Source: Anthoceros angustus (taxonomy: Eukaryota; Plantae; Anthocerotophyta). From it: DNA of 64,000 bases. The stretch's first letter is position 1. Each line of letters starts with the position of its first letter. Under the pieces are notes generated by a model. That model had not been told where the DNA came from. It saw nothing but the letters and a program-made list of their open reading frames with translations, and made no database searches. Shown piece by piece: positions 1 through 11,110 of the stretch. The stretch is from positions 1,054,001 through 1,118,000 of the forward strand of contig MU008157.1 in assembly GCA_010909165.1 (NCBI GenBank), in the 5' to 3' direction. Position numbers and translations under genes: made by a program.

Positions 1-253
1 GTTGAGTCGAACGGACGCAAAGTGAGGTGAGAATCGCTGAACGCTGCAAATGAGCCTATCATTCCCTTGGGAATGGACCTTACTACAACGACACGATTGT
101 ATACACGTACCGGCTAAGTCGCGCCACAACGGCCGACACCCAGTACCTTCTCCCCCATACGTTCATCTGCAGTCCATGCTTCTCCCACGTGAGCATAATA
201 ACGGCTGAGAAATGTCATGCCGAAATGCAAACTCTCTTCCCGCATGTACCCCG

Positions 254-2462
254 CTATATGGACTCGGGCCTCATGGCCCGCCTTTTCCTCGATCCTAAAT
301 ATCTCTCCACCGGGTACATCCGCCTAGTCCGAACTGGGCCCAATGCGGCCACCTCGTCCACTAAGTGCAGTATGAGGTGGGTTGAGATATCAAACATCTT
401 AGGGGGAAATTGCTTTTCCAGAGAGCACATTACCCTCACAGCCTCTTCGCGCTGCGCTTGGATGTCCCGACCCGGTATCGTCCGCTGGCAAATCCACCTG
501 TATAGTCGTCCGAGCTTTACTACCGCCTTGTACACCTCTGGCTCTATGCACCCCCGGAGGACGATGGGAAATATGATTTCCAACATAATGTGCCAGTCAT
601 GGCACTTGAGGCTGCCAACTTTACCGCTTTCCACTTTAGCTGCAATGTTGGACCCATAGCCTGTGGGCAGCTTGATGCGTTTAATGCCCTCAATCACGGT
701 CTTCATGTCTGATTTGGACAAAACGTACGGCGCCTCCGGGTATTGGCCGTCGTCTCCTACAGGCCACAACCATCTTTTCCCTCCGCTTGCTTCCATGTCC
801 ATGCGTGATGCGATGTCATCTCGCTCTCCTATCAAGGTGTGCCATATGGCCTCTGCGTTGTTTTTTTCCACATGCATCACATCCTTTGGCGCCAACACAA
901 GCATGTGATGCCAATATGGCACTGCGAGCAGGGGACGATGCTGGTTCCAAAGTTCCTCGTTGACTCGGCGGTCGCGCTTCTCTCCGTGCCATATCCGCCA
1001 CAACATCATCGAACGTTGGCGGCCTCGGTTTGGGTCGGAGTTCCGTCCATTGTACCACTCCGCGTCTTGCCACCGGCGGCTATCATCGGTGCAGCCATCG
1101 CCGCGATCCTGCATAAACCTATTTTTTCAAATCCGCAGAATAGCGAGAATCTAGGTCTAGCCAACAATCGACACACGCACGTGTCCCTCTCACTTGCAAA
1201 CCTGTGAGGGTGCCCAAGCCTGGGTAATCGGCAATGACGTGCAAAATCGCTGCTCGCAATTGCCTCTTCGGATGGTTTACCGGCAGTGAGAAATCTTCCA
1301 TGTCCACCCCCCTCCATAACTCTTCAAGTTCATCTACAAGGGGTGCCATATACACAATTAACCAGCCCGGGTCCTGGCACAATTGGAGGCATGATGACAT
1401 GGCCGTCCTTTGTGCTGGACCAGGGTGGCATGTTGTGTACAAATAACAGAACCGGCCATATGGATGTGTTTGCGACACAGCCAAATGGGTTGAACGTCAT
1501 GGCTAATGCAACCTCAAGTTCCGCTCATCATCGAAACCATCAAGCGCATCTAGTGCTCTCCAAGTGTATCATGGACATGTCGCCATTCTCGCTTTGCCTC
1601 CCGACATACCAAGTCATCAAGCATGCTATTTCCATTGAACATGCGTCTGATGCGTTTTCAAGGAAAATGCCTTCGTGGAATTCGTCCCTTTCATCCTTCC
1701 ACGAACCGCGGCGTCCACACTTGGGCATTGGTTGCGGTCCGTACTAGCCCCACAGGCAGAGCGCGTCTTTCTCACAAGCATGGATTTTCTCATATCGGGG
1801 CCAAGAGGTGCACATGACTTGGCCTCGTACATGTCCTTGAGCTTGTTGGGCGGCAAGAAATCCACACTTAAGAGCTTTAAGAGGGCTGTTAATCACGATG
1901 TCATACATGGTTTGCCACGAGAGCAACAATAGTGTGGCGCTTAGCTTTTCTCTTTAGTCCTTCACGAAAGTGGTATAAAGGCGTCTACGACAGACAAGGT
2001 TCTCTCTTCGGTTCCGTCCGTGCCGAGGGCATGATCCGTTGCTTCTAGCAAGTCGTCCAGGGAGTGCATGTCGGGTACGTCTTCACAACCCGTTCCGTCC
2101 TCTATGTTGTCCACCTCGGAGCTGCTACTATGGTCGGTCCCATTGCCATCGCTGCTCCCCCTTTCAGACCCACCGGAGCTCGTTTCCCCGTCCGTCTGGG
2201 GTGCGGAAACGCCTCCAAGGCCACCGCCATCGTCCATGACCGAACTTGCCGCCACGCGCTGCCAAAATCCAGACATTAGTGCAAATAAGGAAGTGCAATG
2301 TTGGTGCGGAAAGGCGACAGACCTTACCGCCGCCGCCGGTGCCTGTAGCAGCTGCTGCAAACAGTGCAGCCTTGAGATGTGTGCTGGAATCCGCTCGGAA
2401 GAGGTCTCCACACACTGACGGCATGGACAATACATGTAAACCTCATTTGCAAATCGTGGCAT
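254..2462 (-). pseudogene. CACTA (En/Spm) TnpD-type transposase, frameshifted
   Basis: Minus-strand ORF fragments in canonical order: transposase-associated YCPCRQC (1962-2462); YEAK..PLG and YEKIHAC (1626-1929); MTWY..RQSENG (1540-1728); Transposase_21-like VYMAPLVDELEELWRGV..LRAAILHVIADYPG..ACVDC (1119-1484); DUF4218-like DVMHVEKN..LKCHDWH..FPPKMFDISTHLILHL..GPV..MYPVERY (254-1114). Domain names come from motif recognition, not a search. Confidence 0.9.
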
Positions 2463-3674
2463 CGTCCACGGTGTCCCACTCGGAGTCGCGACGGAAAGTA
2501 GGAATCAGGCGGCACAACACAGGGGAGAGCGGACGCCACCGCCACCGCAGTCTCCCACCGTTAATTCATCACCCATTCGCAACGAGCACTTGTAAAAGCC
2601 TTAATGTATGTGCAGGCATCATGGCCGCTGGCGCAGACGCGTAACCTCCAAACGCAGACTCCCGGCGTGATTTACGGCGCGGACGATGAGTCGGCGTTCG
2701 ATATGCACGGAAGGCGTCGGTTCGATTACTGCGAGCAAGCCAAGTTCATCACGGCCGGTGAGAGCGACCGGTAGCGGAGGGAACCTTGTTGTGATGTGCA
2801 GGGCCTACACAAACTCTCCTCGCGTAGACCTGATCGACAGCGACGCGGATAGGTGACGGCGGCTATTGAAAGGGAGGACATGTGCGCTGAGATAGCGGTT
2901 AGGCGGCAACGGTCGGCTACTGACCAGACGCCTGAGCGTCGTTGCAATTGGGAATGCCTGTTGTGTGCTAAAACAAACGGGTCAACTTCTTCAAAGATTG
3001 ACAATGGCAATTGGCGTGAACTGCTTGAATTGAAAGGCAATCTAAGATTGTCAGGATGACGCGGCCCCTGCCTTGGTGTAGTCCACCTCCTTGATTTGCA
3101 CTTCGTCCATAGAAAGGGATAGTGTAGAGATCATGCTCTCAAAGTCTCTGTACAATTCCATCGTTCTTTCATAAATCATCTCTTCGGTAGAACTAAAGAT
3201 AGAACTTAAAATACTTTTTTAAGAACTAAATTATATAAAGATTCTTGAAGCAAGATTAAAATGAATTGAAAACCCTTGCTGGCTCCTTGACGAGATCGGT
3301 ATTCCATACATATGGGCTCATATGGATGAAAAAATTGAACTGGAATTCATGGAGATTTGTGGTCATGCATTTTGCACCTTCCTATGGGTCTATTTTTCCT
3401 CCTTCCTCATATTGGATATGCCTACTATTTAAATCTATATCATGTTGTTTTTTAAATATTAAATAATATCATTTTATATAAACTATTTTTAAACTTTTAG
3501 CATTTTTAATTTTAAGTTTTATTTAATTTTATAACATAAAAATATGGAAAAAGTTTTAACTACCTCTTTTTGTTGCTTCTAATATTTTATTTTATTTTAT
3601 TACCTAATCTAATATTAAAATCTTGATACTTATCTTCTTCTACTTTTCTATCTATTTTCTTAAATATCATGCTA

Positions 3675-3686
3675 TTTCTTGTAGTA
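3675..3686 (-). mobile_element. Probable CACTA terminal inverted repeat (5' end of the element carrying the transposase)
   Basis: Plus-strand TTTCTTGTAGTA reads TACTACAAGAAA on the minus strand, one mismatch from the CACTACAAGAAA consensus, and lies upstream of the transposase in the expected orientation. The partner TIR is not in the window. Confidence 0.45.
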
Positions 3687-3713
3687 ATTTGCACCTCGAC
3701 GGTGACATAAGAA

Positions 3714-3798
3714 GTTTTCCCGTCGCATACGGCGGGAAAACACACTTGACGACATCCGCCGGGGGCGCCTGCCCCTCGTGTTCCGATGTCGTCAAGTG
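3714..3798. repeat. Two adjacent inverted repeats (hairpins)
   Basis: GTTTTCCCGTCG-cata-CGGCGGGAAAAC (3714-3741, 12-bp stem, one G-T pair) and CACTTGACGACATC...GATGTCGTCAAGTG (3743-3756/3785-3798, perfect 14-bp stem). Confidence 0.85.
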
Positions 3799-4997
3799 GT
3801 GTGTCAAGATTCTTTTTAGGTTGTGACACAAGGTTTTTTTAGGCTTAACACGCCCTTAGACATCCATCCCGCATGACCCTATCTCGACGCCTTGCCGTGA
3901 ACAATCCACATCCACGAGCCTCGTGGGCGAGTAGCCTGAGCAACATCCACTGCGGTCAAGGCTGAAAGCCATTTGGGCCTCGGATCGGCTTTCGCAGCCA
4001 TCCAGGCCTTTGTGGCAAATAGCCTGGAGGAGCCATCCAGGCCACGCATGGATGCCAAAGCCATACAGGCTCGCGTGATTGGCTTTGGCAGCCATACAGG
4101 CCTCGCACGACTAACATTCCCACGCTCGGGGACTTCGAGCGGCGCCGAGACATGTCCGATCCGACATATATGTCCATGTGTGGTGCAGGCAAACCCTAAA
4201 CATGAGTATGTGTGTTTGACAAAAACTCTAAATGGCAGAAATAAAAGTAGATGACGAGATCGGAACACTGGGGCAAGTTCTTGAGACAAAAACGCTTTGT
4301 GGCACGGCTCGTGGCGTACCGATGTGGCCCGTATGTGATGAAGGAATCTTGAAGATGCCTGGGCATCTTCATGTAGAATACTGGAGAAAATACTTGGTAT
4401 TCCATACATATGTGATGATTTTGATTACTCATATTTTGGCACCAATAATGCACTTTCAAACTTCCACTTTCATTATTTTTTATTATTTATATTTTAACAT
4501 CAATAATATTATTTGCCTACTCTCGCATCCGCCATCGCTCCTATGGGATACCGATCTGGTCACGCGGCATCCACATTTTTAGGGTTGGATGAAGAAATAG
4601 TCCATACATACGGCGGAACTATTTCAGATGTCACGCATGACCACATCGGTTAGGGCTGGCCACCGGCATGGTACGTGTCGTCAACCTACCCCATGATGCA
4701 CACAAAGCTTTCACGATACACAGTAAACTTTTCTTCTCTCGGGTTTAGGGTTGCGTTTAGGGTTATTTGCGTTGCTGCGCCATTACGGCCTTGGGCGCCC
4801 GTATGTGAGCGATTGTGTTTCATTGCGCACCGCTTGCAATCATGCTTGCTCGCACTCGCTTGGCGGCGCTGGCTGAGTGCACTTGCCTTACGTGCAAGGC
4901 TGCGTTGTTTGGCAATCGGCCGCATATAAGGCAAACGCTTTCCTGGCCTCCCCTATGGAGGTGCAGTATGTGTGTCTTAGCTGCCTATTTAACATGT

Positions 4998-5118
4998 ATG
5001 TGTGGTGATAGGAACCCTAAAACCCTAAACAAGAAAACATGTGCATGACACAATCGGATGTGTGGTGATAGGAACCCTAAAACCCTAAACAAGAAAACAT
5101 GTGCATGACACAATCGGA
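4998..5118. repeat. 60-bp tandem duplication containing telobox-like AACCCTAAAACCCTAAA
   Basis: ATGTGTGGTGATAGGAACCCTAAAACCCTAAACAAGAAAACATGTGCATGACACAATCGG occurs twice with a 60-bp period. Confidence 0.9.
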
Positions 5119-5299
5119 ACACCAGGCTATCATCGTATCATAGAAAGTTTTTGCCCTGCGTACGAACCTATACAAGCTGATGTGGCACTATTATACGTAT
5201 ATTATACAGAAGTATCTGAAAAATACCATGGCATATTTTCGTAGCGTACACCCAAAAAAAAACAAAATCACACACACGATGCCGAGTGACCCGGATCGA

Positions 5300-5510
5300 G
5301 ATTCCATACCCCAGATTCCATACGCCTTCCCCGATATTCCATACGCCTCCCCGTGATATACGCCCCATTCCATACGCTCCCCCTCGGTATTCCATACGCC
5401 CCCTCGGTATTCCATATTCCCCCTCGGTATTCCATACGCCTCCCCAGGTATTCCATACGCCCCCTCGGTATTCCATACGCTCCCCCCTCGGTATTCCATA
5501 CGCTCCCCCC
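5300..5510. repeat. Minisatellite, ~20-22-bp unit (CCCTCGGTATTCCATACGC)
   Basis: About 10 degenerate copies of the core ATTCCATACGC. Confidence 0.9.
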
Positions 5511-5890
5511 TCCCCCCGGCAAGATGTGTGGTACAGGTAGATTTTGAATTTACATATATCCATTTATGCCCATGCCTATGTTGTGTCTGGGTGTGACTAG
5601 TATATATCAACTCTGGTCTTCTGATGCGTGCCTTGGTGCTGACTTTACCGTGCCTGCCTACGATAGCCTGCAGTAAGAAACATTTGTGACAAAAAACCCT
5701 GAAGTCGGAACTTTCCAAAAAAATTGAAGTACACGTCTGCGTGGCCGCCTGCGAAGACCTATACTATCCTACACCATTAGGAGACCGGCTCCTGCCCACT
5801 CTACACTACCAGTAGACGAGAGTATCCCTGCTGCAAAGTTTCTACATATGCTCGGCAGCAGCATTTTGAACGTTCCATTCCACTCTTCGC

Positions 5891-7979
5891 TCAACCTGCA
5901 GAATGTTCGTGGAGAACCACGTACTCGCGGCTGCAAGCGTTTACAGTATGTCAGACTTGCTGTCTGCTGGGTAATACATGTCTAGGCTATGGTTACTCAA
6001 CTGTATCTGCATCACTCACCTGCTGTTCCCAAATTTGATGGTGTCCTTCTCCATCAGTTCGAAGTACCGCTGAGCTTCGATGCGCTCCCCCTGCATCACA
6101 TTGGCCACGTACGTCAGCTCTGAACCTGAAACTAGGTGATGTGATGAATGATCTTGGACAAAGAGAATACTGTGTGGGCCTACATTCAAGAAAGTGCCGT
6201 TGGTGCTGCCTAGATCCATCAAGTACGGTCTGCAAGTCATTGTGAGCAGAAAAAGGTCAGCAGACCCTGTTTACTGTCACCACGGAGGTAATGCGTGATT
6301 GTAGCTAGAACGGTGAACGTATGCGAGAGTTAAGTAGGCTGTACCTCACTTTTGATCCCATCATTCCATCCGCTTTCTCTTTTTCTGTCAATCTGACAAA
6401 CCAAGTCACTCCGACTTCGTCAAATAATACGAAGGAGAACATTCACCCATCCAGCCAGCAGACCAGAAAAGAGAGGAGTACAAAGCTTGTTCACCACGCG
6501 GCCCACCCACCTGTATTGTATGACGGCATGTTGCTTGCTGCAGGAAGGATGATCAGTTGGTACATCCGCTACTCTCCGTTCCCTTCCGAACAAATAGCAG
6601 CTCTGACGATGAATGTAAAGAGGATCTGCGATGACACACCAAAACTGGAAAATGGTCACTAGTCAACATCGAATATCTACAGCCCTACCAAAGTCCAGAG
6701 CTTTGAAAACCAGTCCAAACCTTTCATAGGTTCTCCATCCTTGAAGACATAGAGACGCCACCGCATTGTTGGTACACGAGCTTCCGGAGGCTCAGTGAAC
6801 TGCAACGTCACACCTGCAAGAACAAAACTTAGAGTCAGTAAGCGAAGAAAATGAGGGTCTAAAGACTGATCATCAAATGGGCTAAACCAACCTTCTCAAT
6901 CGATGTCACGTTCCTTTAGGGAAAGAGTCCATCTGGATCACTCCATGACCCCACAACCAACTTGAATCTGCTCAGAGAGTAAAAAATTTGTGATTCCTAA
7001 GAACTTCATCGCTCACCCTTTACTTTGTTGGTCTCTGCCGCAAGTCTTCCGGAGTACTCTAATGATGGTTTCTCCTGTGAAAAGATTTTATACCACGCGG
7101 ACACCAGCTGAGAAACACAGCAAGTCGCCAGAACCGCTCTACCTCAAAAATCCGAGATCCAAAGAGACTGCAAGCACGCTCTATCTGACCTACCTTCTCC
7201 TTCTCCTTCGCTTCGAGCGCAGCTTGAGTCGCCTTCATCATGGCGAGCGAAGGATCTTCCTCCTCCCCATCGTCCTCCTGCCGTTCCCCGGTTGCTGGAG
7301 TACGCTGAGCGGGATCTTCAGGCCGATCCTCGGGAGGCGTCAGACGTCGCCGTTGCCTACGCTTGTCTGGCGATTCCGACCGAGGACGAGGAGGCCGCGC
7401 GCTGGACTTGGCCAACGAACCCGAATCTTCTTGTCCATTCCTCCCTCTGTCACTCCTTTCGTCTCTGTCACTGCGGTCGCCCTTGTCAATCGGGTCTCCT
7501 CTGTCACTGCGATCAAATCTGTCCCTACGATCACCCCTGTCCCTGTGATCACCTCTTTCCCTCCGATCACCTCTTTCCCTCCGATCACCTCTGTCTCCCG
7601 GATCACCTCTTTCCCTCCGATCACCTCTATCTCCCGGATCACCTCTTTCCCTCCGATCACCTCTATCTCCCTGATCACCTCTCTCCCTTCGATCACCTCT
7701 TTCCCTTCGATCACCTACATCCCTCCCATCACCTCTGTCCCTCCGATCACCTCTGTCCCCCCGATCGCCTCTGTCCGTCTTGTCCCCTCTGTCACTCCTA
7801 TCAACTCTCGCGTTTTTGTCACCTCTGTCATTCCTATCCACACCATCCTCTCCATCACCTCTACTCCCTCTGTACCTGTCTCTACTCCGATTCCTGGTGC
7901 TCCTAACCCGCTCCTCATCCCTCCCCTGAACCCTATCAACAGGGCCATCCCTGCCCCTGTGCGCACTCTTGCCGTCCAT
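5891..7979 (-). CDS. DDL: FHA-domain protein DAWDLE/SNIP1/Pml1, 8 exons, ~418 aa
   Basis: Exons on the minus strand: 7979-7194, 7074-7017, 6813-6721, 6625-6511, 6392-6345, 6229-6184, 6090-6020, 5930-5891. All introns are GT-AG, phases are consistent and the total is 1257 nt. C-terminus EKPSLEYSGRLAAETNKVKGVTLQFTEPPEARVPTMRWRLYVFKDGEPMKDPLYIHRQSCYLFGRERRVADVPTDHPSCSKQHAVIQYR...RPYLMDLGSTNGTFLNGERIEAQRYFELMEKDTIKFGNSSREYVVLHEHSAG* matches the DDL/SNIP1 FHA signature. The start codon is uncertain (an AG acceptor at 8004-8005 suggests an upstream exon or 5'UTR intron). Confidence 0.93.
7480..7800 (-). repeat. Coding tandem repeats in DDL exon 1 (GDR/GDRRER units)
   Basis: Repeated ...CCGATCACCTCT... 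units encode GDRRERGD and GDRGDR repeats. Confidence 0.9.
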
Positions 7980-9412
7980 CCTCGCAACCTCTTCTTCCAA
8001 ACCCTAAGTCACAACGGCAACCTGCCTTCCCGCTACCGCAGCTGCAACAGAATTGAGCCACAGCAGCAACTGCAGAACAACAGGAAAAAGAATGAAACAA
8101 AGGCATCCCCTTGCGGCCATCACCCTCCCCCAACCATCCTCCTCCCAAGGTCCGCCTTCCGCCCTTCCGCTCCTGTGCTCCTGTTTCGCCTCAGCTGCAC
8201 AGGCAACAATGACCGCGATGACCACGCCCCCGAAAAAAATCGCGAATCTCGACTTAGGGCACAGGAATTTATCATAAATTACATTCCTAACTCAACCCGA
8301 GTCCGTCATTAGTAACTACATAAACCTCTTACCAGCAGGTCGGGTGTTAGTTTAGGTAACAATATCCTATCCGCCAGATCGTTCGTAGGAAGCTTACAGG
8401 CTGGGCACTGCGATCTCCACGCTGCTCCGAACCACGACAATCGGAAGCTGGACTACAAAAGCCTTCACGACCTACTCCTGTCACAGCTAGAAACCGTGCC
8501 TGCATCGCATTTCCACGTTCGCCTTCACTTGACCGAGGCCTCGGAGTCGGAGCAATGGCCGCCACCACATCCCTCCCATCACCTCTGTCCTCCGATCACC
8601 TCTGTCCCTGATCGCCTCTGTCCGTCTTGTCCCCTCTGTCACTCCTATCAACTCGCGTTTTTGTCACCTCTGTCATTCCTATCCACACCATCCTCCATCA
8701 CCTCTACTCCCTCTGTACCTGTCTCTACTCCGATTCCTGGTGCTCCTAACCTGCCCTCATCCCTCCCCTGAACCCTATCAACAGGGCCATCCCTGCCCCT
8801 GTGCGCACTCTTGCCGTCCATCCTCGCAACCTCTTCTTCCAAACCCTAAGTCACAACGGCAACCTGCCTTCCCGCTACCGCAGCTGCAACAGAATTGAGC
8901 CACAGCAGCAACTGCAGAACAACAGGAAAAAGAATGAAACAAAGGCATCCCCTTGCGGCCATCACCCTCCCCCAACCATCCTCCTCCCAAGGTCCGCCTT
9001 CCGCCCTTCCGCTCCTGTGCTCCTGTTTCGCCTCAGCTGCACAGGCAACAATGACCGCGATGACCACGCCCCCGAAAAAAATCGCGAATCTCGACTTAGG
9101 GCACAGGAATTTATCATAAATTACATTCCTAACTCAACCCGAGTCCGTCATTAGTAACTACATAAACCTCTTACCAGCAGGTCGGGTGTTAGTTTAGGTA
9201 ACAATATCCTATCCGCCAGATCGTTCGTAGGAAGCTTACAGGCTGGGCACTGCGATCTCCACGCTGCTCCGAACCACGACAATCGGAAGCTGGACTACAA
9301 AAGCCTTCACGACCTACTCCTGTCACAGCTAGAAACCGTGCCTGCATCGCATTTCCACGTTCGCCTTCACTTGACCGAGGCCTCGGAGTCGGAGCAATGG
9401 CCGCCACCACAT
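7716..9412. repeat. ~850-bp direct tandem duplication (about 7716-8570 and 8566-9412) spanning the DDL 5' end, the intergenic region and the LHCB start
   Basis: After the first LHCB ATG (8555) the sequence jumps at the microhomology ACATC back into DDL exon 1 and repeats up to the second ATG (9397). The second copy has several small deletions in the DDL-derived part. Confidence 0.92.
8846..9396. promoter_or_regulatory. Short divergent intergenic region between DDL and LHCB (candidate bidirectional promoter; duplicated at 8004-8554)
   Basis: The genes are head-to-head with ~550 bp between the DDL acceptor and the LHCB ATG. An ACGT-core (CCACGT) motif lies ~45 bp upstream of each LHCB ATG copy. 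Function is inferred from position only. Confidence 0.5.
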
Positions 9413-10306
9413 CATGCGCCTCCAGCGCTGCCCTTGCAGGGCAGACCGTCTTCAGGCAGCGCAGCGAGATCCTGGATGCTGCTGGAAGCAGCGAGTCCAA
9501 ACTCCAGATGAGGAAGACCGTGAGATCGGCTAGCTCCAACTCCAGCGTCTGGTGAGCATTTGTCGATACATGTCTAGACTACTGATGTCTGTCCATGCCA
9601 GTCAGGACGATCGATGTTGTACATAACATTCCTGGATTGACCTGCTGCTTGCAGGTATGGTGCGGACCGGCCTCTGTGGTTGGGGCCCTTCTCCGGCGAG
9701 ACTCCATCCTACCTCAAGGGAGAGTTCCCAGGCGACTACGGCTGGGACACCGCCGGATTGTCCGCCGATCCCGAGACATTCGCCAGGAACCGGGAGCTGG
9801 AGGTGATTCATGCCCGGTGGGCGATGCTGGGAGCTTTGGGTTGCGTCACACCCGAGCTGCTGGCCAAGAGCGGGGTCTCCTTCGGAGAGTCCGTGTGGTT
9901 CAAGGCTGGGTCTCAGATCTTCGCTGAAGGCGGGCTTGATTATCTGGGGAACCCGAGCCTGGTTCACGCTCAGAGCATTTTGGCCATCTGGGCCAGCCAG
10001 GTGATCCTCATGGGAGCTGTGGAGGCTTACCGTGTGGCTGGAGGACCCCTGGGCGATGTGAGCGACCCTCTGTATCCGGGAGGCTCGTTCGACCCCTTGG
10101 GTCTGGCTGACGACCCCGACACCTTCGCTGAGCTCAAGGTGAAGGAGCTGAAGAACGGGCGGCTGGCCATGTTCTCCATGTTCGGCTTCTTCGTGCAAGC
10201 TATCGTCACCGGAAAGGGGCCGATTGAGAACCTTTCCGATCACTTGGCGGATCCCTCTGTCAAGAACGCCTGGGCGTATGCCACTAACTTCACCCCCGGC
10301 GCCTAA
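9397..10306 (+). CDS. LHCB: Major LHCII chlorophyll a/b-binding protein (Lhcb1/2/LhcbM type) with chloroplast transit peptide, 2 exons, 268 aa
   Basis: Exon 1 9397-9551 ([16 protein letters not shown]...[15 protein letters not shown]), GT-AG intron 9552-9654, exon 2 9655-10306 ([89 protein letters not shown]). Confidence 0.97.
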
Positions 10307-10769
10307 GCCTGAGAGATCGGCGGAATGCAGGCATTTTTGTTACGACGTACCATAGTTTGCCATCGGTTGTGCTCTTGGAAACCTGCAAGAAGCTTGCTGA
10401 TTACTAAGCGGGTCCCTTTATTAGTATTTCATTCTTTCACAAGCTGTACGATTCGTTTTTGTTTTATGCTGGCAAATTGAACCACTTCTTCTTGGCCACA
10501 GTCGTCTTGTTTTGCTTAGTCCAGAATCTCTCTCCACACCAGGTTGTGTTTACGGATTGTAGGTGTCCTCAATCTGCAGGAGCAAAAGATTGGGCGGTAA
10601 TATCGCCTTGACTGATGATCTAGACCCAAATTGAATCAATTGAGGGAGCACTCTCCATAAGAGTAAGATAAGAAGATAGAATAGTTCATCGTCCATATTT
10701 GAAGGTGAAACAAGAATGGCTCCGCTGCTAGCATCATGACGCAGATTTTATTTTAATGTAGAGATTTCA

Positions 10770-11110
10770 TGACAGACGGAGGTGGTGGTTATTGACTCTG
10801 GAGACACCATCTCTGCTTATGTTTTCATTATTCGCCCAGGTTGGGCTGTTGCCGGAGTAGCAGCTCTCAAGGTCAGAAAATACAGCAGGATGCACGCAGG
10901 CCACCTTTTTATTCCGCTCACACTTAATAAAATGTATGGGGCGATGGCCGACAACTTCAATAAATTTCTGAAGTCATGATGTGCAGGCATGGCGCGGGGT
11001 TGTTTCTTTCCTACCTCACAACATACTTCAAACAGCCAGTCTCAATTGCCCTTCAAATGGCCCTTTCGACAGCGATTCTTTGCAAGGCGACGAGCGCAGG
11101 TGACGCTTCT
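10770..11110 (+). mobile_element. 3' fragment of an RLE-type (CRE-like) non-LTR retrotransposon
   Basis: Translation EVVVIDS..GWAVAGVAALKVRKY..HLFIP..YGAM..F.KFL..CA..A..FRQR..RRAQ follows the D..D / AA..K..KY / F.P..ET.G / RQR..LQR.QA pattern of C-terminal restriction-like endonuclease domains. Degenerate. Confidence 0.55.

Noticed and set aside
2853-3059. RanBP2-type zinc finger (WECLLCAKTN)
   Set aside because: The second Cys pair is missing, the ORF is short and there is no supporting exon structure.
3120-3124. TAGTG as the CACTA right end
   Set aside because: The flanking bases do not match the CACTACAAGAAA-type TIR; 3675-3686 fits better.
4740-5090. True telomere or chromosome end
   Set aside because: Only scattered single or double TTTAGGG-like words, not a tandem telomeric array.
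5168-5718. ORFs with MEYRGG/YGIP repeats
   Set aside because: They are open only because they run through the 20-22-bp minisatellite; no domain signal.
6990-8312. 440-aa plus-strand ORF (PPITSF repeats)
   Set aside because: It is the antisense shadow of the repetitive DDL exon 1; the spliced minus-strand gene explains the region.
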